From Felis catus (taxonomy: Eukaryota): 64,000 nucleotides of DNA. The stretch lies in NCBI RefSeq assembly GCF_018350175.1, contig NC_058379.1:10664001-10728000 (forward strand), read 5' to 3'. The notes beneath the pieces are model-generated. The model saw nothing but the letters and a program-made list of their open reading frames with translations. It did no database searches and was not told the DNA's origin. Below, one piece after another: positions 11,501-26,313 of the stretch. Every line of letters begins with the position of its first letter. Within the stretch, counting starts at the first letter, position 1. Position numbers and translations under genes: made by a program.

Positions 11501-14500
11501 GCTGGACTTGAATGGCAACCCCGTGAGACCAGGGACGTTGGGCCTTGTGTACTGCTGTACTTCAGTGCCTGGAACGCTGTGTGGTATACAGTAGGCGCTC
11601 AGTAAATGTTTGATGAGTGGCTGAGTGAACGAATGTCGGCCCGTGCGTGCCTACACGGCCAGGCATGTGCCTCTGGGCGGGAACATCTCAGGGCGGTTAA
11701 GCATGGTCCGTGTCCCGTGCGTGTCCACGTCTGATGGGGAGCGTGTGCAGGTACAGGGCCTGTGCCTGTCCTGGGCCCACGCTGGCCCAAAGGCGTGAGC
11801 AGAGCCTGGCCTGAGAGCTTGACTTGCTAAGTCTTTGCCCCGTTCCTGGGCCTCAGTTTCCCCCTGCCTACAAAGAGGCAGCTCTGTGAGGGAGACCCCT
11901 CCACTGTGGGCTGGGGCCCCACCTGCCACTCAGGACTCCTGGAGTAGGAGAGAGTCTCCCCGCTGAGCCAGAAGTAACGCTTCTTGAAGGCAAAGCGTGG
12001 GGCCAGGCTGGCGGGTTCCTCCTTGCGCTTCAGCAGGTAACCTTCACGGACAATCACCGAGGGGGCCACCAGGGCCCTGGCTGGGCCCCCAGCCTCTGGG
12101 AAACGGGGAGGGGGGACAGTGAACCCCTCATATCCTGCCCTGCCAGTGCGCCCAGGAGCAGGATTCTCTGCTCCCCCGGGGAGGCAGGGGGATGAACGGG
12201 AGGAGGGGTGTCACTGAAGGTGGGGCGGGGAGCACAAAGTCGACCTGGAGGAGCCCTCCCCTGGAGCCCCACAGACAGTGGGGCAGGCAGCCAGCCGGGG
12301 TGGGGGTGGGGTGGGAGGGTGGGGGGCATGTCTTACGAAGTCAGTCCAGGGAGGGCCCAGGATCTAGCCGCCTGGGGAGCCCAGACACAAGAACCCTGCT
12401 ATCTCACAACCAGGGCTCCGCCTTCTGACACGGTGCACCTGTGTGACTCACACCCAACTGTCTCTTGACGTGGGCCCCACGTTGTGATACAGACTTAACC
12501 CCAACTCTTGTGCCGAAACGTGTCCCATGCCCCATTTCACCCCACATCGAGGCCCAAATCCTTCCAGCTGCTTCTGAAGCCACACACAATCCACCCCCCC
12601 CCCACCTCTCCTTTGCTCCCCCTCGTTCATTCCTCTACATTGGCTCCTCACTGTTGCTCTCTGTCCCCCACCTCAGGGCCTTTGCACATGCGGTTCCCAG
12701 CCTGGAATACTCTTCCCGGGGATCTTCATGGCTTGCCCTCGGTCTTCCTTCGGGTCTTTGCTCTAATAGTACCCTAGTGGGGCCACTTCTGGTCATCCTA
12801 CCTAAAAGTTCACCCTGCCACCCCCCACCCCAACATTTCCTTCCCTCCTTTGTCTTTTCTACTTACTCCCCAACACACTATGTTATTTGCTAACTCAAAT
12901 TCTGTGGTCCCCGTTAGAATAAAACTTCCACGAGAGCAGGAATTTCTTGTCTCGTTCACTGCCGTTTCCCCGGCACCTGGAACGGCGTCCAGTAAGCGCT
13001 TAATAGATATTTTTTTGGTTGCGTGACACCACGTGATGGTATCCACCCACCACACTGGCCGCGGTGGCCTGGAGGACGGGGCCTGAGCTCTATCCGTCTC
13101 TGGGACCTGGCACAGAATGGGCCAGGGAGTGTTAGCTGACTGACGAGCTGACCCACCGGTCCACAGTCTCAGTGCCGGGGCGGGCAGGGGTCGAGCAAGG
13201 GGGGGTCCCAAGGGCCAAGTAGAGTGACAGGCCAGATGTGGCAGAAACAGAGGGACTCACCCTCCCCGTCCACATCCACCAGCTGGTCCAGGAAGTCTCT
13301 CACACGTGAGATGCTCTGCAGCAGGAAGGGGTGCAGGGGGGCCATCCATAATTCCTTGCCCTGGCCCAGCTGCTGGCCCAGGTTTCCGATGCTCTGCACA
13401 GCCTGGCACAAAGAAGCAGGGGATGCCAGGGCCAAGGTCACTTCAGGGGGAAGGGCCTTCCGTGGCCCCAGAATGGAGCGCCCAAGTCCTAACTCCCAAA
13501 TCAGTGCTCAGTGAAAGGAGACTCATAGCAGCACCTGCTCTGAGTCATATCTACCCCTCCCTGGGGACAGATACGCACCCCCAGCACCCTTACACTGTTC
13601 CCTCCGGAGCTCAGTTCCCCCGCCCAGGACCGCCTGACCCCTATCATGCACACTTTGGAGCCCATCAGAACCTCAAAATCTGGGGCTCCTGGCTCGCTCA
13701 GTCAGAAAAGCGTGAGATCAAGCCCTGCATCAGGCTCTGCGCAGGGCGTGGAGACTGTTTGAGATTCTCTCTCTCCCTTTCCCTTTGCCCCTCCCCCACT
13801 CGTGCTTTCTCCCTCTCTCTCTAAGGACAAAAAAAAGGGCACGACTCTTCATCTTGGGGTTGTGAGTTCGAGCCCCCTGTTGGCTGTGGAGCTTGCTTAA
13901 ATGAATAAGAGCTTTCAAAAAACCTAAAAAGGAAAAGAACTTCAAAACATGGCCACTTCGCGAATGATGGCCTAATTCATACTAAGGTGCATAGGACGAC
14001 TAGCCTGCTTCCCACTTTCCTCCTGAAAGGGCAGAATTTCCGTTCCAAGAGAAGAAGTTGGATAATGGAATGAACGCCCTCACACTCAGGATGGAAGGCT
14101 AATGGGTGTTTCAGACAGGTTTCTCTGGGTCTCAAGCCATTTCAGCAGGTTTGGCCTTCCGGCTCCGTTCCTGTGCTTTGGGACTCCCTTTCCAGCACCT
14201 TGGCAAGAAGTAGCAGGGAGCGGCCGGTCTGGGGATCCGCATGCTGGTCCCGGAGGTCAAACAGCTTCGGGGTAAGGATTGCAGGGGCGAAGAATCGCAA
14301 GAAGAGAAAGCCACTTATGGCCAGGTACTTCACATCCTGCCAAGAGGAGCCGCAGGTGAGAAGAGCCCCCCCAAACCCACATCCCAGATGGGGAAACTGA
14401 GGCAAGGGAAAGTGGGATGGGAGATGGGCCGGGAGATCACACTGGTCCGCCAAGACGGCTTTTTCTCTCTGGACCTCAGCTTCCTCCCCTGGAAAGCAGA

Positions 14501-17176
14501 GGAACAATACCGATCCTCCACTGCAAGCCCCGTGCTAAGGGCCCAGCCCCGGGAAGGAAGCACCCTTCCGCTCACGGATGAGGAAGCAGACGTTCAGAGA
14601 CTCCAAGTGACTTGCCCAAGGCCACGCAGCTGGGAGTGGCAGGGCCGAGATTTGAACCCAGGCAGGATCTGAACACGCAGCTCTCCATCACGCCCTCCGG
14701 CATTCGACCCCCCGTACTGTGCTGAGTGTCAGGACTAATCTCAACGACTGACAGTCCTAGGGGGTAGGTGCTATTATCCCCATTTTCTGGATGAGGAAGC
14801 GGAGGCTCAGGAGAGAACCCGGTCTGGCTGGCCCCTCTGTGTGAGTCCCGGGCCTGGTCCACCCGCAGACAAGGCTGGTTCCTCCAGCTCCAGTGGAGGG
14901 AAAGCAGAGAGAGGGCGTGCCTTTATCCTGGGTGCCTCTGGCTCTCCCCAGATCACTCCCCACCCACCTTTCACACTTGCCCAGCTGTATTTAGCCCAAA
15001 AATGTGCTCCGGTATTTATTTAGGGGTTGTATTCACACATGAGACAATACTCTCCCCGTCTCCTCTGCGCTGACGGTGAACCCTGCCTAAAGCTGGATGC
15101 CTGACCCTGCCCAGAAGGGGGGTCTCTGCCCCCAGCCCCGCTCCTCTGGACCCCTGAGCTGCCCCCGAGGCCACCACCCCCTCAACTGCCATATTTCAGG
15201 GTAAGTTTAGTCTTCGAGATCAGCTCTTTGACTTCCTCCTTTCTTAAGGTGGAACGGGTGTCAGGGTGGCAGAGAAAGGGGTTCCCCTGGGTTTCCATGA
15301 CCCCATCCACCCTCATGGGCCTGAGGAAGTCCCTGCTCCGTGCCATGGCCTCCGCCCTTCCGTGGGAGCTAAGGACCGGGGGACACTTGGGTGTCACCGA
15401 TACTGGGTTCCCCACAAGGGCCAGGCTGTCTGGCCTCCCGCTCCCCTTCCCTCCCCCCCATCACAGCTCTGTCCCACTTAGCACCTCCAGTCCAGGCGAC
15501 AGCCTGGCAAAGTGGGGCGTAAATCAAGCGACATCCCAGTTTGGAGGCCGAGAGCTCACTCCTCAGCGGAGGCTGAGAGGAGAAGGAAGGGACCCCCGCT
15601 GGGAGACCAGAGGCCTAACTTTGAGTCCACCACCCTTGGCCAAGGCTCTTTAACCTCTCTGGGCCTCAGTTTCCCCATCTGTAAGCAGAGAGTGGGGAGA
15701 AGTATGGCTTAATCAAAGGCTCTTAACTCAAGCTCTAGGGACTGGGCCGTTACATCTCCAACATTTAGCAGGTCTTAGATTATTCGGCAGAGTGAACCCC
15801 CCGCCCCGCCCACATTTCCGGTACATCAGCGCTCCAATAAGAGCTGGCCTGATTTGATGTCATTTGTAAGTGAGGCCAACAGCCACCTTGGGAGGCACGC
15901 TGACCATTAAACCAGGAGAGCTCAAACTGGTAACCCACAGGCCAGGCCAGCTGCCAACGCGTAGTAATTGGCTCAAAGTTTTGTCATGTAGTTCTTGTTT
16001 TTAGGTGAACTGGAGTCAACGTTTTATTTTTTGGGGGGGGGGGTATCTTTGTATTTAATTTTTTTTAACGTTTATTTATTTTTGAGACAGGGAGAGACAG
16101 AGCATGAACGGGGGAGGGTCAGAGAGAGGGAGACACAGAATCGGAAGCAGGCTTCGGGCTCCGAGCTGTCAGCCCAGAGCCCGACGCGGGGCTCGAACTC
16201 ACAGACCGCGAGATCATGACCTGAGCCGAAGTCGGCCGCCCAACCAGCTGAGCCACCCAGGTGCCCCAGAGTCAACGTTTTAAAAATGAGCGACCTCACA
16301 TAAAATCCAGAATGTTGGCTTTAGAAAATAACCCCTGGGGCGCCTGGGTGGCTCAGTCGGTTGAGCGCTCGCTTTGGCTCAGGTCACGATCTCACGATCC
16401 AGGGGTTCGAGCCCCGCATCGGGCTCTGTGCTGACAGCTCGGAGCCTGGAGCCTGCTTTGGATCCTGGGCCTCCCTCTCGCTCTCTGCCCCGCCCCTGCT
16501 CGTGCTCTGTCTCTCTCTGTCTCAAAAATAAGATAAACATTAAAAAAAAAAAAAAAAAAGAAAAAAGGAAAGAAAGCAAACTCTGAAGAGCTGGCCATGC
16601 CGGGTCCCCATTCCCGCCTGGCAATAAGGGATTGAATTCTGCAGCTGCCCCCTGAAGACAAGCCGTGGGGGCTCCAGTTTGCCACAGTCCCTACGACGCC
16701 CTAGTGCCTGCCCCACACCTTGACTGCTTCGTTCATTGATCTCACCTTCCTGAGGCCTGCAGCGCTCGCAACTTTTATGTTAACATTGGCAAAGCACTAG
16801 CACATCCAGGGATTTATCTCTAGACCACGTGGGGCGTCTGCTACGAAGCACCTACTGTGTGCCGGCATGCCCTCTCTCTCTCTCCCTCTGACAGCTGAAG
16901 TTAAGAAGCACTTACTTTATGCCAGATTCTATTATTTGGTGGTTTCGAGCAGGTTCAGCAGCCAGACGCCTAGACAGGTGTCTATCCCAGCAACACCCCT
17001 TCCTAGCCATTTGACTGAATCTCTCTGGGCCTCTGTTTCCTCCTCTGCAAATGGGAGAATACTGGTACCCACCCCATGGGGTGGATAGGAAGGCGAGGTA
17101 AGGTAACGCGAGAGGAAGAGGAGGTCCCACCCAGGGTAAGGACTAGATATAGCATTCGCTGCTGCCATTATTATTA

Positions 17177-17215
<39 letters not shown>

Positions 17216-20200
17216 CTGCCCCTGGATCCCAGACCCACAGACCCAGATTCTGTCCCCCCTCTGCCCCGCCTCTCTGTACGCCCCTGGACAAGCTACTGCC
17301 CCTCGCCAGCCTCAGTCTCCCCATCTGCTCCTTGGGAACGTGTGGCCCACCTCGTGCTCCGCCTGGGGGAAGCGCTTTTGCACGCGCCGGTGCAGCTGCC
17401 TGAAGGCGAGGCGCATGGCAGGCGGGCAGCGCCCCACGGAGCCCACAATGGCATCCACGATGGGCCCCAGGTAGCCCGTCAGCAGCCCCAGGCTGGCCTC
17501 CCTCACATGCTCCTCGGAGGGGGCGCCCTTGAAGGAGATTCTCCTGGGGAAACAGAGTGGCCGTGCCTCAGAGCCCAGCATCTGTCCGCTCAAAGCCCTC
17601 CGCCAGCCCCCACCGAGCTCAGAGCACCCTCCTTCCCCTCCCACCCCCATAACCTCCCCTCCCACCATTCGCACCCGGGTTCTTGTTGCTGCTTAAAAAA
17701 CACGCTGAGCTCATTCCTGCCTCGGAGCCTTTGTACCTGCTGTTCCCTCTGCCTGGGACACTCTTGTGCACACGTTTAGCTTCAGCGTGCCCGCCTCAAA
17801 GAGGCCATCCCTTCCCCGTCACACGTCATCACACACCCCGGTTCGGTGCCTTGTCAGCGTGGACATGCCGGACACACGCTCCCACCTCAGGGCCTTTGCA
17901 CGTGCTGTTCCCCCTGCCTGGGATACTCCCCCTCCGGATCTGTGCACGCCTCCTTCCCTCACCTCCTGCCAGTCTTTGCTGAAACGTCCCCTTCTCTGTG
18001 AGGCTTTCCCTGTGACCGCCCTAGGGAATATTGCAAGCCTCTCCCCTGCTCCCGGCACTTCCCATGACGCTCCCCTGCTCTGTCTTCCTCCATTCCACCG
18101 ATCACCTTCAATAACCTTCTTTAGTTGATTATGCACCTCCCCCTAGAAGACGGACTTGCATCCACTTCCCCGCGGGGCATCAGCGTTCAGCCAGGGTCTG
18201 GCGCCTAGTAGGTTCTCAGCAGCTGTTTTTACCGAGGGGGTGATGGGACAGCACTTTTCCCCTTCCTTCTCGTCCCCACACAGTTGTAGGGTCCGTCTCG
18301 CCCACCTCAGAGCCGGGATCTGAACCCGGGGGCTCAGCTTCGGAGGCCTGCCCGCGACCACTACCCCTTCCAGCCGGAGGAGCTCGGTGCTCACGGCTGA
18401 GGCTCTCGGCCCGAATGCAGGGCTCCCCAGCGGCCGGGCCAGAGGGAGGGGGAGGCGGTCGGCACAGACCCAGGCGGACAAGGGGGCTGTCAGAGGGTCG
18501 AGGTTCACCCCTCGGGCTTCGCTCACCTGGTGCGACCCAGGTCTATCTTGCAAGGGTCCAGCTCGATGTATCTCTTCTCCTCAAAGACGCGGTTAATCAC
18601 GGGCTTCAAGACCTCGTGCAGGTAAGGCATGCCCACGAGCTGAGGGCAGGGGGCGCCGCGTGGGGCAGGGGCTGAGGATGAGGCTAAGCCGTGCCCATGA
18701 GCCAGGGGCGGGGGGCAGCACGCGGGGAGAGGCTCAGAGGGAGACTGAGGCAGGCCCAAGAGCGCGGGTGGGGGGCGCTCTCCAGGTGCGACTCAGGGCA
18801 GGGCCAGGCACCAGCCACCAGCACCCCAGCTCAGCCAGCCCAGCTCCGGGGTCCCGGGAAGCACTGGAAAAGGAGTCCCCTCGAAGGAGCCGCCTCTAGG
18901 CCCTGCCAGGCCTCTTGCTCACCTTCATAAACTGTTCCATTGACTTGGATGCCAGGGAGTTGGAGCGGAAGAGGGTGTTGGGGTCGGCTGGGAGGGCAGA
19001 GGGAAGTGTCCGCTGGGATCGGGGGCTGGATCCACCCCACCCCACCCACCCAAGGAGGGAGTCATGACGTTCCCGCCTCAGGAACCAAGGAGAGCTGTAA
19101 TATCAACTCCATGCACTCCAGGGGCCCAGAGTGGTTAGATGAGCTGCTTAAGGTCACACAGCTCAAGAGCGGCAAAACCGGGGCCCGAAGCAGGGACTGC
19201 GTCCCACTGGCTGGCGGTGCACAGTGTAGGGACCCCCCCCCCATCCACACACATAGGAGCCCCTGACCTCGGCCTGAGGCTCCCCGTCTCTCCCTCAGAG
19301 ACCTTGTGCCGGCCCCTTCCTTGAGGAGTGACATCTGGGGCTCATGCAGGCAACTCACTGGTCCGGGTCACCTCGCGCCGAGTGAGATAGTCCAGAAAGG
19401 GCCCGGCCAGGCCCTGGCCAAGAAAGAGCTTCACCAGGTTGGTGGCAAGGTCCTGGCGGCAGTCTCCAGAGGTCAGCTCCTCCAGCACGGCCAGGGGACT
19501 AGCGGCATCCTCCTGGGCAGGGACAGGAGGCAGGAGAGGTGGCCCAGGGCCCCGAGGGCAAAAGAACCCAGGTAGGGATCTCCGAAGCAGGGAGAGGCCT
19601 TGGTGCCGGGCCCCGGGGGGACTGAGGCACCCACCTCTGCCGGCCCCCGCACAGCCTCCGTGAGCAGCTCCGTGAGCGGCCGGTAGTTGTGGGAGGGCAG
19701 GATGCGGTCCTCGATGAGGCGCACTTTCAGCCGCAGGGCACCCAGCTGCCCCCTGACCGGGGTCAGGCCACAGGGGTAAGAGCATCGGGCGGGTGTGCAC
19801 AGGGGCAGATGGCCAGGATAGGAAGGGGTGAACACAGATATAAGGAGCACAGACATTAGCCAAACAAGGCAGATGTGGGCAGGTGCGAACCGATACTGAC
19901 ACGGAGAGACAGGAAGGGACGGGTACAGTCACGGGGCGCCTGGTGGCTCAGTGGGTTGAGCACCTGACCCTTGCGTTTGGCTCAGGTCATGAGCTCACGG
20001 GTTCGTGAGTTTGGACCAGCCCCACCCCCCTTTCAGGCTCTGCGCTGACCAGCCTGCTTGGGACTCTCCCTCTCCCCCTGCCCCTCCTCCCCCCCGCCTC
20101 CCCGCCTCAAAATGAATAAATACACTTAAAATTTTTTTAAATAAATGCAAATAAAAACAGCGTGGCCAGTCCACAGTGTACAAGAACAGAAGATGTGGAC

Positions 20201-23200
20201 AGGTGTGGAGGGACCCAGGGTTCTGAGCGCACATCGACTGGTGGGGACTGACACGTTCACACGCAAACATGTGGATGGGTATACGGTGAACCCATCTGCA
20301 CATACGAAACACGCATTGCGAGACAGACACTTGTTAAATGGGTGAACGAAGGGACGTGGTGGCGGCTTCTGGGCTGACCGGGGCACCCGTGAGGACGTGC
20401 CCGCAAGCTGAAGACAGCACTCAACACGAGCTCAGCCTACATTTACCCAGAATCCTCCTCGGCTCTGGGGAAGGGCAGGAGACGGAACCAGCCACGGGGA
20501 GGGTTCTGCTGCAGGACCGGTGGGGGAAACTCCACCTGCAGGGGGGACACACAGACCTTCAGCTGAGCCCTGCCCGCCGAGGCCCAGGCCCCACCCAGCC
20601 CTAGAAGGGCTCGGGCTGCCCACCCAAGGAGGGGAGGCACAGCCTGGCAGGGGCCACCTCCTCTCCCCTACCATACCCTATCAGCGCAACGGCAGCCACA
20701 CTCCCTCCCCCAGTCCCAAATCATCAGCTCCTGCCAGGACCCTGAGGGCTTCCACGGGACACTTAATTTACAGTTGGGGAAACTGAGGCTTGGAGAGACG
20801 GGACGACTCGCCCGAGGTCACACAGCTGCCGGAGGCAACATATCTGGACAGAGAGCCTTTTCCACTCTGTCTGGGGACACAAATCACATCTGCCAAGAGG
20901 CTTAAAGACAGCCCGGGAGGCTCCCCGAGCCCCACCCCCTCTCTCTTAAAATATTATAAAGATATAATTTGCATCCCATACAAGTTGTCGGTCCACTCAC
21001 GGAGCTGTGCAACCATCACCACTAATTTCAGAACATTTTCTATCAGCCCCCCCCCCGCCCCCGAAAGCCTGTACCCATAGGCTTAGATGTCCCTCCCCAG
21101 CTCCCACCCCAGCCCCGGCTCCTGTAACCACAAAGACTTTCTGTCTTTACACCGTCTCCTCCTCCGGACAGCTCACAGAAATGAAATCATAGAATCTGTG
21201 GGTTTATTGGCCTGGCTTCTTCCCCTTAGCATGTTTTCAAGATTCATCCACGAGGTCGCAGGGGCCAGTGTGCCCTTCCTTTTTATGGCTGAGCCCTAGT
21301 CCCTCGTAAGATACACCACATTTGATTTATTCATTCACCTGGGGATGGACGTTTGGGTTTTGCTTCCACACTTGGTTGTCATTAGCAAGCTTTTGTGTGG
21401 ACAAATGCGTGCATTTCCCTTTGGTGCGCACCTAGAGGTGGAACCGCCGGGGCATGTGACAACTGTCTTTAACCGTTTGAGGACCGGCCAGACTCTTTTC
21501 CAAAGCAGCTGCACCGTTGACATTCCCCCCTCCAAGGCTGTGTGCAACCAAGCCTCCCTGTAACTTGCTCTAATCTCGTCTCCTTTGAAAAACTGTCAGC
21601 CCGGACTCTATCCGCACTACCACCGAGAGGCAGGGACAATCGCGCTCATTTCATAGATGCGCAAACTGAGGCTCCAAGAGAAAGACCTTGAGCCCAGGGC
21701 TTCCACGGGTAGGGGTTAAGGGCTGAGAGTGTGGTGTCAGAGAAACCTGGACTCAGGTCCCGGCCTCTGCCATTTCTTAGTCATATGGCCTGGGGAAAGC
21801 CACTCAACTTCTCTGAATGACCCTCGGTTTCCCCATCTATGAAATGGAGACAATAGTCCCCACCTCTTAGGGTGGCTGCTACCGGTACGGAAATTAGATT
21901 ATGCTGGGGAAGTACTTACTTAGCACGCAGTCATCCTGGGTACTCTCACCCTAGAATGAGAATCTGGGCCTGCCCCGTGACCTTGGGCAGGTTCCCGCCC
22001 CTCGGAGAGCCTCAGTCTCCTCACCTGTACGATGGGGAGCTGGGACTCCATCGCTCGGGCCTGGCCAAGGAGCCAGTCGAGACAGCTTTCACATCTATCC
22101 TTCCAGATCCCAGGATGCGCAGCCCCTTCCCCTCCCCTTCCCTCTTGGAGGCAGAGGGAAGCCAGGGTGTCGGGGGGGGGGGGGGGGCGGGGGTTGCTTA
22201 CCATGCCCAAGAAGTCGTTCTTGCCCACCATGTCCCAGTCCCAGAGTTCCACCCGCAGCGGGGCCGGGGCACCCGGCATCTCCTGAAGTTCCAGCACCTC
22301 ATCCCAGTGTGGGAAGCGGGTCTTCTTAATGGTCTGGGGGAGGGGGAGTGAGGGAGGGCTGAGGAGGGCCCATCTTGAGGCCCACCCCTCCCTGGACCCA
22401 CACCACCACTCACTGAAGTCTCCAAGCTCTGACTGCCCCAGAACACACGTGCAAACGGGTCAGAGGTGCCGGTGATATCTCGGGGGGCCAGGTCCCTGGA
22501 GACAAATGAGGAAAGGGGTGAGGGCCGCAGGACCCTCAAGGACAAACACCCAGGCTGGACCTTGGAAAAGGGGCTCAGGGTAGACCATTCAAATGCCTCT
22601 GGCTTGCAAGGCGATGAACTGCATCCTTGTAGGGACCCAGCAAGGAACACCCCCATCCTGCCCTTCCAAACCCTTCCTGTTGACCAGGGCTACCCTGCGC
22701 CCCTATTTTCCAGATGAGGAGATGGAGGCACCAAAAGGCCGCGTCCTGAACCACAAAGCCCAGGAGGTGAAGACGTCGCGGGAAGTGGGAAGGGAGCCTC
22801 AGTTTCCCTGGAGCCCCTGGATAGGAGACTGGATGCCAGGGTTCAAAGCCTGGCTCCGCCATTCACTGGCTGGGTGACACTGAGAAAAGTCACTTCACCT
22901 CCCTGAGCCTCACAGTCTCTTCATCTAGAAAATGGAAATAATGATAGACCAACCTCAGAGGGCCAAGGTCTAAATGACCTGAGTATATAAAAGGCTTAGC
23001 ATAGCAGCTGGCAGGACGTGAGTGCTCAGCCCATTCATTCATTCACTCATTCATTCATTCATTCATTCAACAAATACTCATACCCACGCCTTGCCTGGGA
23101 CCCAAGAAAAGGCATGGGGCAAGGATCGCCAGTCTCTGGTTGCCATGACAACCCCAAAGTCTCACCTCCGTCAGCTGCCCCAACCCCTCCTTACTGAGGT

Positions 23201-25512
23201 CCCCCAAATCCAGTGACAGCCCCCACCAGGGGCTGCTTGTTTCTTCCTGCTGTTCCTTTCCCACCCCTGCTTGGCATCCAGAGCCTTCCTTGGTCTCCTA
23301 GGAGCCGGCCCAGTTGCTAAGCGACAGCGATCAGTCCCTCTCCTGCTCGCAAGGATCCTGCACAGCCTTGTGGCTGGGGAGGAGGCCACTAGCACAAAGC
23401 AGATGAGGAGCCCCTGTCCCGTGTCCAGCCCTCTTGTCTGTCCTCTGCCACCCTGGTACTCCATCCAGACCCAGGGAGCCCCAGCTGGAGACAGAAATCT
23501 GGAGGTGGTGGGAGAGGCACAGAGAGGGCAAGAAGAGGCTTCAAGGTCACACAGCGAACTAGAAATGGAGATCGTCCCCGACCTGAGCGAGGAGCGGTCC
23601 AAGAGGGAGGGTTGTGGGAGTAAGATGTGAAAACAAGGCAGAAAGGCAAGAGGCGAGATGAGAGGGGAAAGGGGATGGTAGTATTTAAGGAAGCAAATGA
23701 TGGGGGAGCTGAGGGAGAGAGAAGGGGATTGCAGGGTGACAAACAGCCAGGAGGGAGGATGGACATCCCATGAGCTGGTGCCCCTGGACAGGCATCTGTG
23801 GGTTTCGCCGGTCCCGCATCCGTCTTCTTTCTCCTGTTTCTTTGCGACAGGACCTCCCCTCTCTCGCTCCCAGCTCACGTCAGTTAGGTAGGCTGACCCC
23901 TCCACTCCAGGGATGGGTGCGGGACTCAGGCGTGACCAGTCGGAGTCCATGCCCTTGGTTCAGAGATAGGTACGTGCCCCAGATTTGGGCCAATAAAAAC
24001 CAGTCCCAGGACATCGGCTGGAAATGACAGGAGAAAGTCAGTTCGACCTGCCAAACTGGTAGGAGGCCCTGGGACTTGCTGGCATCATCTTTGCTCGCCC
24101 ACACCTGGAGAGAGACTCCCTGAGAACGAAGCTAACACAAAAGATAGCCGAGAAATCGCTGTCCGTGGATTCCTGTTGTCACTGTTTGAGCACCTGGATC
24201 CAGACATGCCTGAAGCCGCGCGTCATTAATCTAAACCAACCTGCTTAAGCTGGTATGAGTTGGGTATGTATCACTTACAATCCTATTAACGCACACCCTG
24301 CCCAGCCTGAGTACCTGGCCTTTGGTTGCGAGTCGCTGGGGACCCAGCAAGGATTTTGCTTGTGCTCTGACCCCAGGAACTTGCCAACCTGGCGACCCTG
24401 GGGCTGTCTGCCCACAAGGGATCCTGGTCGTGAGCCCAGAAGTACCCCAGGAGTGAGGTGGTCTCAAAAGCCAAGACGGCTGGGGGGAGTCTCCAGCAAA
24501 TTCTTGCTCATTCTCAGACCAGTCCCACCCCATCCCCTATCACGACCGTACCTGGCCTGAAGCACGTGACATCGAAGACAACGGCCCCGCGCGTTCTCCA
24601 GCATCTGCACATCCAAGCAGACCTCACCCTGCACCTCTGCGTCCGGGTCCACACGGCTCAGGTTGATCCAGCTGTCAATTCCTGGAGGGCACAGGCGCTA
24701 ACATTTATTAAGTACCTGCCAGGTTCTGGCATTGTATTAACTTAAAAATTCAATTAACATGAAACATAGGGGCGCCTGGGTGGCTCAGTCAGTTAAGCGT
24801 CCGACTTTGGCTCAGGTCATGATCTCGCGGTTCATGAGTTCGAGCCCCACACTGGGCTCTGTGCTGACGGCTTGGAGCCTAGAGCCTGCTTTGCATTCTG
24901 TGTCTCCCTCTCTCTCTCTCTGTTGCCCCCCCCCATCTTGTTCTCTGTCTCTGTCTCTCAAAAAAAAACATTAAAAAAAACCTCATGAAATATATATTAA
25001 TAAGCTGTGGGCTTCTCATGTTCGCCTTCTGATGTAGGTACTGTAATTATCCACACTTCCAGACGAGGAAAGCGAGGCACAGTGAACGAAGAGCTTTGCC
25101 CATGATCTCACAACTGGTAAGGGACAGAGCTAGGATTTGAAGGCGAGCAGTAAAGTTCAATGCCACTAACCATGTACTATCACACTCTTCACCCTGGTAT
25201 ACGAAAGCCTCCGTCATTTAATCCCAACATACTCTCCCCTCCAAAAAATCTTGGGCATTCCTACCTCTCAGCCCCCCTCCAGGCAACTCCCTGCCGGAAT
25301 CAGTCAAGTCAGTTTCAACCTCCCTCCCTGTCTCTCTTTTCTCTCAACGCTTTGAAGAGATCAGCTACCGACTTCTAGCTTCCCTTGTAGTTATTGGGAA
25401 GTCATTTCAGCCTGACAACTGATCTTGTGTAAATGGGCTACCTTTTCTCTTTAGTTTTAAGGACTATGTATTTGACGGTCTGCAATTTCACCACATATGT
25501 AGGTAAGGATGG

Positions 25513-25558
<46 letters not shown>

Positions 25559-26281
25559 GTGTGTTGTTGTTGTTGTTTTTCGTCCTGCTTAGTGCAGGTC
25601 ATGCTATTGCTACTTACAGAATCATGTCCTTCCTTGCATTCTGGAAAATTCCAGGTCATCATTTTCATAGGACTTCAATTAAAATGGACGTTAGACCTTG
25701 TCTACAATTTTCTAGGTCTCTGAACTTCTCTTTTGTATTTTCCTTCTTGTTTCCCTGGGCTAAAGTCTCAATCATTTCTTCAGATCTCTCTTCCAGCTCA
25801 CTAATTCTCTCTTCAGCTCTGGCTCTGTTGTTGAACTCGGCCACTCAGTTTTAAATTTCAATGACCACTCCTTATCTCCAAAACTTTGATCTAGTTCTTT
25901 TCCGATCAATTTTTTTAAATATTTATTTTATTTATTTTGAGAGAGAGAGCACAAGCAGGCAAGGGGCAGAGAGAGAGAGAGAGAATGAGAATCCCAAGCA
26001 GGCTCTGCAGAAGCAGCACAGAGCCCAACGTGGGGCTCAATCTCACAAACAGCGAGATCGTGACCTGAGCCAAAATCAAAAGCCAGACACTCAACCGACT
26101 GAGCCACCCAGGTGTCCCTATCTTTTTAATGTATTGCTTTCATTTATTATGATTATTGCTGGCCCTTCCTGGTGATTGCCTTTTTTCATTTATTTAAATA
26201 TTTTATTCCTTTTCATTGTTGCTATTGTGTTTTTATTTTATTTTAGAGTGAAAGAGAGAGCACAAGTGGGGGAGAAGGACA

Positions 26282-26313
<32 letters not shown>

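Noticed and set aside
15182-15415. 77-aa - strand ORF in RASAL1 intron 13 with a possible acceptor near 15371
   Set aside because: No convincing donor before the stop, no recognisable homology, and RASAL1 is complete without it.
16337-16420. tRNA-like A/B boxes in SINE heads
   Set aside because: These are CanSINE internal promoters, not tRNA genes.
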